DNA of 64,000 bases from a virus. Lineage: Duplodnaviria; Heunggongvirae; Uroviricota; Caudoviricetes. The position numbers and the translations under genes are program-made. The DNA lies in the IMG/VR virus record IMGVR_UViG_3300020048_000080. The stretch is one strand, 5' to 3'. The notes under the pieces are model-generated. The model did no database searches, was not told where the DNA came from, and saw only the letters and a list, made by a program, of their open reading frames with translations. Shown one piece after another: positions 1 through 10,198 of the stretch (positions are counted from its first letter, which is position 1; each line of letters opens with the position of its first letter).

Positions 1-1
1 A

Positions 2-1282
2 TGTGGTAGGGATTATGAAGAAGGATCAGAACATTTAACACATTTAACAGATAAAATTAATCAACTATTAGCAAAAAAAGAAGAAAATGCTGTTAAAATT
101 CAAGGATTTTTAAATGAATATAAAAAATTAAAAAATCAATTACCTGAATTAGAATTAAAAGAATCTGAGTTGAATAAACAAAAAGATGATTTGAAACAAG
201 GAATTTATTCAGAAGAGTTAAAGTTAAAACTTAAATTGGTTGGTAGTGTTAAAAAATTAAAACAAGAAAATGAGGAAATAAAAATAAAAATAGAAGAAAT
301 TAAAAATAATCAATTTGATAATGTTCCCTCATTAAAGGAAAATATTGAAAAGGGAAGTTCAATTTTAATAGCGGTTGAAAAAGATAAGAATAATAATCTT
401 CAAGTTATTAAAAATCTTGAATCAGAACTAAAATCTTTTAATATTGAAGATATTGAAAATGATATAGAAATTGAGGAAAAACAAAGAACAAATTTTGAAC
501 TAAGAAAGCAAAAAATATCTCAAAAAGACAATTATTTACTTTCTATTGAAAACTTTAAACTAAAAATAAATGAACTTCAATCTGAATTAGATAAATATGA
601 AGCACATAAATCAAAAATAGAAGAGAATAAAGAAATTCAGTTTTCAATTGATAGAATAGATGAAATGATATTAATAGTAAAGGAAAATATTAAAGAAATA
701 AATGATGAAAATATTGAACTTGAAAAAGATATACTTATTAAGAAAAAAGAAATAGAAACTATTCAAAATAAAATCACTAAATATATAAAACAAAAAAAGA
801 AAGAAGAACTCTTAAAAGAATATCAAAAATGTATATCAAGAGATGGTATACCAACATTTTTGTTAAAAAAATCAATTCATTTAATAAATAAAGAGTTGAG
901 TGAACTTTTAACTAACGTTGATTTTACTTTGTTTTTTGATGAAAATTTAATATTAAGAATGAGTGCTGATGATAGATTGGATGTAAGTCAAAATGCCATT
1001 GAAAGTTCAGGTATGGAAAGAACCTTTTGTTCGTTGGCATTAAAAATAGCTTTAAGACAAATAAATGTTAAATCTAAATCAACTTTAATATTTATGGATG
1101 AAATTATGGGTAAATTAATTGAAAGTTCAGTACAAGAGTTTGTTGATTTCTTAGATGATTTGAAAAATAAAGTAAAGAAAATTATTATAATTGAGCATGT
1201 TCATCCGATTAATTTTGATGGATTTATTGAAGTAAAAAAAGATACAAAAACTTTAATATCAAATTTAGAATTTAAAATATAA
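2..1282 (+). CDS. SbcC/Rad50-like recombination ATPase (T4 gp46-like), C-terminal part; 5' end lies outside the window
   Basis: The reading frame is open from position 2 with no upstream stop. Long K/E-rich coiled coil, then an ABC signature-like 'SGMERTFCSLALKIAL', a Walker B 'STLIFMDEIMG', and a C-terminal 'IIIIEHV' H-loop region. Confidence 0.6.
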   Translation, partial: CGRDYEEGSEHLTHLTDKINQLLAKKEENAVKIQGFLNEYKKLKNQLPELELKESELNKQKDDLKQGIYSEELKLKLKLVGSVKKLKQENEEIKIKIEEIKNNQFDNVPSLKENIEKGSSILIAVEKDKNNNLQVIKNLESELKSFNIEDIENDIEIEEKQRTNFELRKQKISQKDNYLLSIENFKLKINELQSELDKYEAHKSKIEENKEIQFSIDRIDEMILIVKENIKEINDENIELEKDILIKKKEIETIQNKITKYIKQKKKEELLKEYQKCISRDGIPTFLLKKSIHLINKELSELLTNVDFTLFFDENLILRMSADDRLDVSQNAIESSGMERTFCSLALKIALRQINVKSKSTLIFMDEIMGKLIESSVQEFVDFLDDLKNKVKKIIIIEHVHPINFDGFIEVKKDTKTLISNLEFKI

Positions 1283-1283
1283 T

Positions 1284-1496
1284 ATGGGAGTAGTAAGAAC
1301 ATTAAGAGGTGAAGATGGTAAACCCTATATATCATTAGAAGATTTAATTAAGGAAATTAAAGATGTTAAAAATTCTAATATAGAGGAAGATGCTATTGAT
1401 GATAGACCTAATTTTATTGATGTTGTGTTGAAAACTTTAAATCAAATGGAAGCAGAATATTATGATAAATTTTTATTCAAAAAGAAAGATAAGTAA
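1284..1496 (+). CDS. hypothetical protein
   Basis: ORF immediately follows the SbcC-like gene with a 1-nt spacer; no recognisable motifs. Confidence 0.3.
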   Translation: MGVVRTLRGEDGKPYISLEDLIKEIKDVKNSNIEEDAIDDRPNFIDVVLKTLNQMEAEYYDKFLFKKKDK

Positions 1497-1886
1497 ATGA
1501 GTAAAAAAATACAGATTTTACCTAAAAAAAAGTATAAAAATTCAACACCAATATCAGGAAATTTTACATTTTCTAGTCCAACTACAACTACACCATTCTC
1601 AATTATTGTCACAGGAAAACAAAACGAAGAAATATTTAAAATTTCAAGTGATGGTGATGTGTATTATAGATATAATGGTGAAATGACAAAGGTGGAGTGT
1701 CCAGAAGATTTATCACAAGCATTTCAAGAGTGTGTGTTGCATATGTCAGGTACAAACTATGATGATCTAATGATTGAGAAATTTATAGAAAAAATATTAA
1801 ACCATAAGAGATCTAATGAGTATATAACTAAGTTAGAATCTGTGTTTAGAAAACTAAAATTAGAAAAATTAAACAAAAGTATATGA
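1497..1886 (+). CDS. hypothetical protein
   Basis: Abutting ORF in an operon-like arrangement; no motifs. Confidence 0.3.
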   Translation: MSKKIQILPKKKYKNSTPISGNFTFSSPTTTTPFSIIVTGKQNEEIFKISSDGDVYYRYNGEMTKVECPEDLSQAFQECVLHMSGTNYDDLMIEKFIEKILNHKRSNEYITKLESVFRKLKLEKLNKSI

Positions 1887-2224
1887 TACAAACATTTGAT
1901 GAATTAATTATCAATAGCGGACCCTGGTGTGCTGAATTTGGAGAATATGAAAGAGTTCTCAATAAAGAAATTACAAACGAAGAATGTGAAATTCTTGATA
2001 AAGCATCTTCACAGATACAAGTTTTAAGATGTAAACTAAGAAATATAGATTGCTCAAAACTTAAAAATAATACTCATTATCTTCTTCATAGAGAAGGAAA
2101 AGCTGAAACATGGTTATATGAAGGTCTTGGAAAAATTGATTCTAGTTATTGTATTTTTACAAGACCATCAGATATTTACGAAAAAAAGATAAATGAGCAA
2201 TATAAGTATAATACAACATATTAA
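1883..2224 (+). CDS. hypothetical protein
   Basis: ATGA start/stop overlap with the upstream ORF. Confidence 0.3.
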   Translation: MIQTFDELIINSGPWCAEFGEYERVLNKEITNEECEILDKASSQIQVLRCKLRNIDCSKLKNNTHYLLHREGKAETWLYEGLGKIDSSYCIFTRPSDIYEKKINEQYKYNTTY

Positions 2225-2249
2225 TAAAACAACTTAACAACAATAAATT

Positions 2250-3407
2250 ATGATAGTAAACGTAAAAAGTCAAACCGGAATCTCCGGTTTTTATATTGTA
2301 TTTGATGGTTCAACAATGAATGAGAAACCAGGATGGTATGGACTCTCACACTTAATGGAACATCTAATGTGTAAATCATTTGAACATCTTCAAAATACAT
2401 ATCAACAAAAAAATATTAAATGGAACGCATATACTTCAAATACAGAGGTTGTGTTTTTTATGAAAGGTCTTGATCGTCATATAAATCAATATAAAAAAGA
2501 TTTTTTAGATTTGATACTCAGTTATGAGCCCACTCAAGAACAATTAGATAATGAAAAAAAGATAGTTTTAGAAGAATATAAAATGGCGTTTAATTCACAA
2601 ATGTCCTCACATTATTATAATCTTCAAAGAAAAATGTTCAATTATTATAATGCGATTGGACTTAGATCAGATATTGAAAAATTTACATTACAAGATTGTA
2701 AAGAATATCTTGATTTATACTGTAAACAACCAACTAAAATTATTAACATTTCAATACACAATGATTTTGAAAGTGATATTAAATTTAGAGAAAAAAAGAG
2801 TGCTAAACCACTTGAAATCAAAAACTATACTAACTTACATCATATAAAATCTGATGATGAAACTGTTGTACCAGAAGGTATGATTCCATTAGAAATTATA
2901 AATGATTATAAAAATAAAGTAAGTATAATAAATTCTTCAAAAATATTAACCGATGATTTTGCATCTGCTTCATTTCTATGTGAAATGTTAGGTGCAGGTT
3001 TAAATTCACCTTTATATAAAGAAGTTCGTGAAAAATTGGGATTGGTATATAGTATAGGTTGTTATAATGATAAATTAAATGATACATCATCTATGATAGG
3101 AATAACAACAGATACATCTAAAAAAAATATTGAAACAGTACAAAATCAAATAAAATATGTTTTAGAAAATAAAGAAAAATTTTTAACACAAGAACGGTTT
3201 GATATTGTTAAAGATAACTATATAACAAAATTAGAAGAAGCAGAAATTTTAAATTACGCTAATACCAGTAAATATATTGATGGTCCAGAATGGCGAATTG
3301 AAAGTATCATACACACAATTACGTTGAAAGATGTACATGATATGGTTGATAAATATTTAAAATGGGATGATCTCTATCTATCTGTTGATAAAACAGAATT
3401 TAAATAA
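2250..3407 (+). CDS. M16 (insulinase/pitrilysin-like) zinc peptidase family protein
   Basis: Inverted zinc-binding motif HxxEH in 'GLSHLMEHLMCK'; 385 aa matches a single-unit M16 protein. Confidence 0.5.
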   Translation: MIVNVKSQTGISGFYIVFDGSTMNEKPGWYGLSHLMEHLMCKSFEHLQNTYQQKNIKWNAYTSNTEVVFFMKGLDRHINQYKKDFLDLILSYEPTQEQLDNEKKIVLEEYKMAFNSQMSSHYYNLQRKMFNYYNAIGLRSDIEKFTLQDCKEYLDLYCKQPTKIINISIHNDFESDIKFREKKSAKPLEIKNYTNLHHIKSDDETVVPEGMIPLEIINDYKNKVSIINSSKILTDDFASASFLCEMLGAGLNSPLYKEVREKLGLVYSIGCYNDKLNDTSSMIGITTDTSKKNIETVQNQIKYVLENKEKFLTQERFDIVKDNYITKLEEAEILNYANTSKYIDGPEWRIESIIHTITLKDVHDMVDKYLKWDDLYLSVDKTEFK

Positions 3408-3440
3408 AAAATGGGCACTTTTAAGTGCCCATTTTTTTAT
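3406..3440 (+). terminator. intrinsic terminator (hairpin atgggcact/agtgcccat followed by a T-run)
   Basis: Perfect 9-bp stem followed by TTTTTTT, 2 nt after the stop codon of the M16 gene. Confidence 0.6.
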
Positions 3441-3487
3441 TCAAGAAATTTTTCTTAATTTTGTTCTAATCTAAAAAAATAAAAAAT

Positions 3488-4162
3488 ATGAATATAGATT
3501 TAATTGAAAGTGAAAAAATTACTGTAGTTTATGATAAAACTGCTAGTCATAATGTTGACCCACAAAAAGGATTTACACCTCTTTGTCCTGATGAACTTCC
3601 AGTACCAGATGGTGATAATATCGTAACCGAACTTGTTGGTCAAAATGAACTCGTTGCATATAGAACTGTTTCCAAGGATATGCACCCCGCAAATGCTATT
3701 TGGTTAGCAACAAAAGAAAAACCTCAATACACACCTGTTGAAGGCGAGAATGTAGATATTCGTTGGAATGCACATTGTATGAGTGGTACAAAAGGTGCTG
3801 AGCTTCTTGATGGACTTGGTAAAATGAGCGATTTTGATTTCTTTTTAGCAAAAGGTTATGAACCAGAACTTCACCCATATTCATCTTGTTATCATGATCT
3901 TAAAAAGACCATTTCTACAGGTCTTATTGAATGGTACAATTCAAAAAATATTTCAACAATTATTGTTGGTGGATTAGCAACCAATTATTGTGTTGGTGAA
4001 ACTGTTATTGATTTGATAAATGCTGGATTTCAAGTTATTCTTAATCTTGGTGCTTGTCGTGGTATTGGTTCAACAGAAGATGTTGATAAATATGTAAACG
4101 AACTTGTTGAAAAATATGGAGTTTTAGTTGTTAATTCTTATAAAGAAATTGAAGTAATATGA
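3488..4162 (+). CDS. pncA: nicotinamidase/pyrazinamidase (isochorismatase-like cysteine hydrolase)
   Basis: Catalytic Asp in 'NVDPQKGF' and the Cys nucleophile in 'GGLATNYCVGETV', within an isochorismatase-family layout of 224 aa. Confidence 0.7.
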   Translation: MNIDLIESEKITVVYDKTASHNVDPQKGFTPLCPDELPVPDGDNIVTELVGQNELVAYRTVSKDMHPANAIWLATKEKPQYTPVEGENVDIRWNAHCMSGTKGAELLDGLGKMSDFDFFLAKGYEPELHPYSSCYHDLKKTISTGLIEWYNSKNISTIIVGGLATNYCVGETVIDLINAGFQVILNLGACRGIGSTEDVDKYVNELVEKYGVLVVNSYKEIEVI

Positions 4163-4359
4163 GCAAGAAACAAAAAACTGTAAGAGTTGAAGAATTAATT
4201 GAATTCTTACAAACGTGTGATCCTAAAGCCAAAGTTTTTATAACTATGGGAGGAAGTTGTAATTGTAATCCAGTAACATTCTATGAAGTAGATGATTGTG
4301 GTATTGAAGTTGGTGAAAAACATGCTGGTTCAGTAATAATTGGAGAAATGACTTGGTAA
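4159..4359 (+). CDS. hypothetical small Cys-containing protein
   Basis: ATGA overlap with pncA; contains 'GGSCNCNP'. Confidence 0.3.
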   Translation: MSKKQKTVRVEELIEFLQTCDPKAKVFITMGGSCNCNPVTFYEVDDCGIEVGEKHAGSVIIGEMTW

Positions 4360-4384
4360 TTAAATTTTTTAATTCAATAATTTA

Positions 4385-5623
4385 TTGTACATTTGTACTC
4401 TAATCAAAAATAATATGAAACAAGAAGGAATCATTAGAAGTATTTTGGATAGCGATCTTTATAAGTTTTCTATGCAATATTTTGTTATTCAGCATTATAA
4501 TGAAGCTGAAGTAGATTATACTTTTAATAACCGAGACAAATCAATGGTTTTTAACCAAACTGCTGTTGATGAAATTAAAAATCAAATTAAACTTATGTCC
4601 GAACTCAAACTCACAGATGCTGAGTATGATTGGATGAAAAAAGAATTATATTTTTTACCTGTTGCATATCGTCAATATCTTGCCGCATATAGATTTAATC
4701 CAAATCAAGTTAATATTAATCTTACTTTTAATGGTCAATTAGAAATAAACATTAAAGGTAAATGGAGGGACACCATTCTTTGGGAAGTGCCTCTTATGGC
4801 TATCATATCAGAAGTATATTTTAAATATATGGATACTGACTGGAATATGGATAATCAAGAAAAATTAGCCTATAATAAAGCTAAAACTCTTAGTGAAGCT
4901 GATTGTTTCTTTGCAGATTTTGGTACCCGCAGACGTAGAAATTTTGAAACTCAGGATATTGTAGTAAAAACTATGAAGGAGTTTAAAGGATTTGTTGGAA
5001 CTAGCAATCCTTATTTAGCAATGAAATATAATGTAAAAGCACTTGGAACTTGTGCTCACGAGGCAATAGGCGCTGTCGCAGCATTAGAAAGTTTAAATCA
5101 TCCGAATAAAATATTTATGGAAAGATGGTCTGAAGTGTATGAAGGTGATTTGGGAACTATGCTACCTGATACTTATGGACTTGAATCTTTTTTGAAAGAT
5201 TTTTCATTAGGAAAAGCAAAATTATGGGATGGAGTAAGACATGACTCAGGTGATCCTTATGTTTTTGTTGATAAAATTGTTGAGCATTATAAAAAACTAC
5301 GAATTGATCCAACCACAAAAACAATTATATTTAGTGATGGATTAGATGTTGAAACTGCAATTTCACTTAGGAATTATTGTAGAGGTAAAATTCGTTGTTC
5401 ATTTGGTATAGGTACATTTTTTACTTCTGATTTCATTAAGGCTAGTACTAAAAATAGTGAAATGTGGCGACCACCTCAAGTTGAGAAAAGTAAACCAATG
5501 AATATGGTAATTAAACTTACTATGATTAATAACATACCAGTTGTTAAATTATCAGATAGTCCTGGAAAAGCAATTGGTGATCCAAAAATGGTTGAAATAA
5601 TGAAATATATTCACTTATCATAA
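4385..5623 (+). CDS. pncB: nicotinate phosphoribosyltransferase
   Basis: N-terminus 'ILDSDLYKFSMQ' matches PncB 'LLDTDAYKLHMQ'; 'FADFGTRRRRN' phosphoribosyltransferase motif; length of 412 aa fits PncB and is too short for NadV/NAMPT. Confidence 0.75.
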   Translation: MYICTLIKNNMKQEGIIRSILDSDLYKFSMQYFVIQHYNEAEVDYTFNNRDKSMVFNQTAVDEIKNQIKLMSELKLTDAEYDWMKKELYFLPVAYRQYLAAYRFNPNQVNINLTFNGQLEINIKGKWRDTILWEVPLMAIISEVYFKYMDTDWNMDNQEKLAYNKAKTLSEADCFFADFGTRRRRNFETQDIVVKTMKEFKGFVGTSNPYLAMKYNVKALGTCAHEAIGAVAALESLNHPNKIFMERWSEVYEGDLGTMLPDTYGLESFLKDFSLGKAKLWDGVRHDSGDPYVFVDKIVEHYKKLRIDPTTKTIIFSDGLDVETAISLRNYCRGKIRCSFGIGTFFTSDFIKASTKNSEMWRPPQVEKSKPMNMVIKLTMINNIPVVKLSDSPGKAIGDPKMVEIMKYIHLS

Positions 5624-5624
5624 A

Positions 5625-5804
5625 ATGAAAACTTATTATATAGGTAGTGTTCGTATGGTTGAAGGAACTGAAAAATATATATTTTCAGACGATATATATA
5701 AAGAAGAGCCTGAAATTGATTATTATAAATTACTAGATTTAATTGATAAACAAATTATTGAAAATTACTTAAGAAAGAAAAAACTAGAAAATCTTAAAAA
5801 ATAA
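5625..5804 (+). CDS. small hypothetical ORF (59 aa) not in the supplied ORF track
   Basis: ATG begins 2 nt after the pncB stop; open for 59 codons. Confidence 0.2.
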   Translation: MKTYYIGSVRMVEGTEKYIFSDDIYKEEPEIDYYKLLDLIDKQIIENYLRKKKLENLKK

Positions 5805-5837
5805 ACTTTATTAAAAGATATTAATACAATAAGAAAA

Positions 5838-6137
5838 ATGAGTGATGTAAAAGAAGATACCAAAACCTTAGAAGAAATCTTAGCAGAGTCTGGAATTTCA
5901 ACTAGTGCAGAAGAAGAGAGCAGACTCGTTTTATGGAATGATGATCATAATTCATTTGAATGGGTTATATTTTGTCTTGTTACTTTACTAGGATTTACAA
6001 TGGAAAAAGCAGAAAATGCTGCTTGGACTGTACATTTACAAGGTAAAGAAGTAGTAATGAATGGATCAAAAGAATCATTAGAACCATACAAAAAATTATT
6101 AGAAGAAAGGGGACTTACTGTCTCTATAGAGGATTAA
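5838..6137 (+). CDS. clpS: ATP-dependent Clp protease adaptor ClpS
   Basis: 'LVLWNDDHNSFEWVIFCL' matches the ClpS core 'ILVNDDYTPMEFVI'; the 99-aa size fits; located directly upstream of the Clp ATPase gene. Confidence 0.8.
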   Translation: MSDVKEDTKTLEEILAESGISTSAEEESRLVLWNDDHNSFEWVIFCLVTLLGFTMEKAENAAWTVHLQGKEVVMNGSKESLEPYKKLLEERGLTVSIED

Positions 6138-6139
6138 AA

Positions 6140-6373
6140 ATGAAAAAATTAATTGCAAAATATATTTTATATGTTTACTTAAATTTCATTAAAGATAATG
6201 ATATTGACATTTATAATGAATGGGCAATTCCTATAATAAAAACTAATAATTTTATTCGTAATATTTACGTTTGGATAGCATCAATATTATTTTTTCCAAT
6301 TTTTATCATTGGTATGATTATTGACGAAAATAGAGAACATATTCAAAAAAAAATAAATATATACCTTAACTAA
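6140..6373 (+). CDS. small membrane protein (hypothetical)
   Basis: Hydrophobic segment 'IYVWIASILFFPIFIIGMII'. Confidence 0.3.
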   Translation: MKKLIAKYILYVYLNFIKDNDIDIYNEWAIPIIKTNNFIRNIYVWIASILFFPIFIIGMIIDENREHIQKKINIYLN

Positions 6374-6382
6374 ATATAAAAA

Positions 6383-8926
6383 ATGAAATACTCAAAAGAC
6401 GTAGAAAAAGCAATAAAAGAAAGTAAGGAAATTGCGATAGAAATCAATTCTAAAACAATTAGACCTGAACATTTATTTTTAGCATTGATTAATAATCAAG
6501 AATCAAACGCATATAATATTTTATATGAAATGAATCTTAATATTGATGCTATAAAACAAACATTAAAGGATTGGTCAGTAGCAATACAATCACAAATTGG
6601 TATAGTTAAATTAAGAAGTAATGCCGCTATATCATTGGATCCTGAAACTGATAGAATTCTTAAGAGTGCAATGGAATTTGCAAAAAATGTTGAATCAGAA
6701 GAAGTTGATTCTGAACATGTTTTTTATTCTATTTTAGAAAACTCTAATAATTTAGTAACCGAATTATTTAGTAAATCTCCTGATACTTTTAAAAATTTAA
6801 AAGTAAGATTGAAAAATGATGAGGAACAAGAAGAAATTTATAATGATAACGATAATGATTTTGATATGGAACAAGACGCAACCGAAAAAGGAAATAAAAA
6901 TTCAAAAACTAAATTAATAGAACAATTTGGTGTTGAACTTACTAAACTTGCAAGAGAAGGAAAATTAGATCCAGTAGTTGGTCGCAAAACAGAAATTAAA
7001 AGAATTTCTCAAATTCTTTCTCGTAGAAAGAAAAATAATCCAGTTCTTATTGGTGAACCAGGAGTTGGTAAATCTGCAATTGCTGAAGGTATGGCACAAC
7101 TCATTGTAGAAGGTAAAGTACCAGGCAACCTAAAGGATAAAAAGATTTTCACTCTTGAAATGGGATCACTTGTTGCTGGTACTAAATACAGAGGTGAATT
7201 TGAACAAAGATTAAGAGGTATTATCAAAGAAATGGAAGAAAATAAAAATATTATTCTTTTCATTGATGAAATACATACTATAATTGGAGCAGGTTCAGCA
7301 CAAGGATCACTTGACGCTTCAAATATGTTAAAACCAGCACTTTCCCGTGGAAACTTCCAATGTATTGGTGCTACTACACTTGAAGAATATCGTAAGTATA
7401 TTGAGAAAGACGGAGCATTAGAACGTCGTTTTCAAAAGGTTAATGTTGACCCAACATCAAAATCAGAAACACTTGAAATTCTTAAAAATATTAAAGATAA
7501 ATATGAAGAGTATCACTCAGTAACTTATACTGAAGAAGCTCTACAGGCTTGTGTTGATTTGACTGATAAATATATGTCAGAAAAATTTCTTCCAGATAAA
7601 GCTATTGATGCTTTAGATGAAGCTGGTTCAAAGGTTCACGTAAACAGAACAGTTAATGTTCCCAAAAAAATTCAAGAACTTGAAAAGAAAATCAAGAAAG
7701 TTTTTATTGAAAAAGCAAAACTTATTGATGATCAAAAATTTGAAGAAGCCGCAGAAAAAAGAGACTCTGAAAGAGAACTTATTAAAGAATTGGATGTAGA
7801 AAAAGAACTATGGAAAAGTGAACAATTGAAAGTTCGTGATTCTGTTACAAAAGATGATGTTGCTGAAGTTGTTGCATTAATGACAAAAATTCCAGTTGAT
7901 AATGTATCTTCTGATGAAAACAACAAACTCAAACTTATGTCAAATAAGGTAAAGAGTGTTGTTATCGGACAAGATGAAGCAGTTGATAAATTAGTTCGTG
8001 CCGTTAAAAGAGCAAGAATTGGTATCAAGGATCCAACAAAACCAGTAGGTTCATTTATATTCTTGGGACCAACAGGTGTAGGTAAAACATATCTTGCAAA
8101 GATTATGGCAAAGGAACTTTTCGGTTCTGAGGAATCTATGATTCGTATTGATATGAGTGAGTATATGGAAAAACATACTGTATCAAGGTTAGTAGGAGCG
8201 CCTCCGGGATACGTTGGATATGAAGATGGTGGTGAACTTACCGAAGCTGTAAGACGTAGACCATATTCAATTATTCTTCTTGATGAAATTGAAAAAGCAC
8301 ACCCTGATGTTCAAAACATTCTTCTTCAATTACTTGATGATGGTGTATTAACTGATAGTTATGGTCGTAGGGTTGACTTCAAAAATACGATTATTATTAT
8401 GACTTCTAATGCAGGTTCAAGAAAAGTTAAAGATTTTGGTACAGGTATTGGTTTTTCATCATCAGCAAGAAGTGAATCAGTTCAGAAAGATAAAAATGAT
8501 GTGATTGATAAAGAATTGAAAAAAATATTCAGTCCAGAATTTTTAAACCGTATTGATGAAGTTATTATGTTTAACTCATTAGGAAAAGACCAAATTGGTA
8601 AAATTGTTGATGTTGAAGTTAAATCAACTATTCAAAGATTGAAAGATATTGGATATGAAATCAACATTACTCAATCCTTAAAAGATTATCTTTTTGAACA
8701 AGGATATGATGAAAATTTTGGAGCCCGACCACTAAAAAGAGCAATTCAGAAATATATTGAAGATTATATTACTGATGCTATTATCAACGAAGAAGTTAAA
8801 GTTGGTGATAGACTTTCATTAAGATTTGATAAGACTTTGAAAGAAGTTAAATTAATTAAATTATCATTGAAAGATGAAATTGAACCTCAAGGTTTGTTAC
8901 CTATAACAACTGAACCAATTGTCTAA
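6383..8926 (+). CDS. clpA: Clp ATPase ClpA/ClpC type (Clp_N repeats plus two AAA+ modules)
   Basis: N-terminal Clp_N repeats; Walker A motifs 'GEPGVGKSA' and 'GPTGVGKT'; Walker B 'ILFIDEIH' and '[10 protein letters not shown]'; a UVR-like linker '[12 protein letters not shown]' is closer to ClpC. Confidence 0.85.
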   Translation: MKYSKDVEKAIKESKEIAIEINSKTIRPEHLFLALINNQESNAYNILYEMNLNIDAIKQTLKDWSVAIQSQIGIVKLRSNAAISLDPETDRILKSAMEFAKNVESEEVDSEHVFYSILENSNNLVTELFSKSPDTFKNLKVRLKNDEEQEEIYNDNDNDFDMEQDATEKGNKNSKTKLIEQFGVELTKLAREGKLDPVVGRKTEIKRISQILSRRKKNNPVLIGEPGVGKSAIAEGMAQLIVEGKVPGNLKDKKIFTLEMGSLVAGTKYRGEFEQRLRGIIKEMEENKNIILFIDEIHTIIGAGSAQGSLDASNMLKPALSRGNFQCIGATTLEEYRKYIEKDGALERRFQKVNVDPTSKSETLEILKNIKDKYEEYHSVTYTEEALQACVDLTDKYMSEKFLPDKAIDALDEAGSKVHVNRTVNVPKKIQELEKKIKKVFIEKAKLIDDQKFEEAAEKRDSERELIKELDVEKELWKSEQLKVRDSVTKDDVAEVVALMTKIPVDNVSSDENNKLKLMSNKVKSVVIGQDEAVDKLVRAVKRARIGIKDPTKPVGSFIFLGPTGVGKTYLAKIMAKELFGSEESMIRIDMSEYMEKHTVSRLVGAPPGYVGYEDGGELTEAVRRRPYSIILLDEIEKAHPDVQNILLQLLDDGVLTDSYGRRVDFKNTIIIMTSNAGSRKVKDFGTGIGFSSSARSESVQKDKNDVIDKELKKIFSPEFLNRIDEVIMFNSLGKDQIGKIVDVEVKSTIQRLKDIGYEINITQSLKDYLFEQGYDENFGARPLKRAIQKYIEDYITDAIINEEVKVGDRLSLRFDKTLKEVKLIKLSLKDEIEPQGLLPITTEPIV

Positions 8927-8958
8927 TAAAAAAGCCTCTGAAAAGAGGCTTTTTTTAT
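8927..8958. terminator. bidirectional intrinsic terminator (agcctct-gaaa-agaggct)
   Basis: Hairpin flanked by an A-run and a T-run, between the convergent clpA (+) gene and the dNMP kinase-like (-) gene. Confidence 0.6.
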
Positions 8959-9470
8959 TTTATATTTTCAATGAATTTTATTGATTCTTGTTCTAAATCT
9001 TTTTTATTTCCGTTGTTTTTAATTATAAAGTTATAATTATAATTGTCAACATTTTTATCAGAATCATTATCAGGAACAATTCTATCTTCCCTTTTTAGTA
9101 ATAAGGTTACACAATCATCACCATACTTATCGGCAAATTTTTGTATTTCATATGGTTCTCTACAATGAATAAAGTAAACAATATTCTTACTATCTATTTC
9201 TGATAAGGTTAAAAGATGTTTGGAAATTTTCTTAATAATATCTTCAAAAGGACCATTATTAAATTCTATCCAAACTCTTTTTATCTCTGATAAGAATTTT
9301 CTTGCCTCATTTGTTTTTTTACCATTCCATCCAAAATTCCTTTTTGCTATCTTTTTAACTTTATCAATTGCGGACCAATTCATGCATTTATATTCATAAT
9401 TCTTTTTAAAATATTTTACAAAATTATCTTTACCATTCTGTGCCGAACCATTTATGATTATTACTTTCAT
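8955..9470 (-). CDS. deoxynucleoside monophosphate kinase-like P-loop kinase (T4 gp1-like)
   Basis: N-terminus 'MKVIIINGSAQNGKDNF' resembles T4 gp1 'MKLIFLSGVKRSGKDT', a GxxxxGKD Walker A motif. Confidence 0.45.
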   Translation of the reverse strand: MKVIIINGSAQNGKDNFVKYFKKNYEYKCMNWSAIDKVKKIAKRNFGWNGKKTNEARKFLSEIKRVWIEFNNGPFEDIIKKISKHLLTLSEIDSKNIVYFIHCREPYEIQKFADKYGDDCVTLLLKREDRIVPDNDSDKNVDNYNYNFIIKNNGNKKDLEQESIKFIENIK

Positions 9471-9586
9471 ATATTATTTTTTGTTATTTTTTTATAATTA
9501 AGAATAAGAATATAATTATCCATGATAAGTACATCATAATTACTTGTTGCTTTGTCATTTCTTTAACAAATAAAAAATTATATATT

Positions 9587-10114
9587 TTACACCTCATTAT
9601 TTTTTGTTATTTTTTTGATTTTATCTGTTCTTAATTGTTTCTTTGATAATTTATGATTTTCATATGTTACATTTTCATATATAAATTTAACTTTAAGTTT
9701 ACTAAAATCACAATCTTGATTAAAATTTAAATTATTTTCAATAGAAATGAATTTTAATTTTTGATAATTTATTGTTAATATATCAGAAACTTTAATTTTA
9801 ACAGAAAATTCTTTTTTCTCTTCAATTAAAGACATAATAAATTCATAAGGTTGAATTCTATTGTTGATTAAATCACAATTAAAAATCATTTTATTTTTTC
9901 TTATACCTCTAATATTTTTTGATAAAATATCATCTTTGTCTAATTCAAAATAGATATAATAAGATAATTTTTCTAACGGACCTTGAATTTGAGAACTATA
10001 TAAGTTTTGATATGGATTCCAAGTAAAATTTCCTGTGTTTGTACTTACTAAAAGATTTCCTGTACTTGATATTCCAGGTAAAGATGTCGTACCTATCGTT
10101 GTTAATGATGACAT
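9587..10114 (-). CDS. hypothetical protein
   Basis: ORF only. Confidence 0.3.
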   Translation of the reverse strand: MSSLTTIGTTSLPGISSTGNLLVSTNTGNFTWNPYQNLYSSQIQGPLEKLSYYIYFELDKDDILSKNIRGIRKNKMIFNCDLINNRIQPYEFIMSLIEEKKEFSVKIKVSDILTINYQKLKFISIENNLNFNQDCDFSKLKVKFIYENVTYENHKLSKKQLRTDKIKKITKNNEV

Positions 10115-10198
10115 TATACACTATTATTTTTTATTTTTATTATTTTTGATAGATAAAGTTTATATTTTTATATATAAGAAAAAAAGAATATAAAAGTA

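Noticed and set aside
7009-8028. Antisense ORFs inside clpA/C (7009..7263 and 7732..8028), and similar ones inside the flotillin gene (58238..59505), ligA (43529..43804, 45140..45580) and other long genes
   Set aside because: They are shadow ORFs embedded in well-supported long genes. Their low-complexity S/T/L-rich translations are typical of antisense frames of AT-rich genes.
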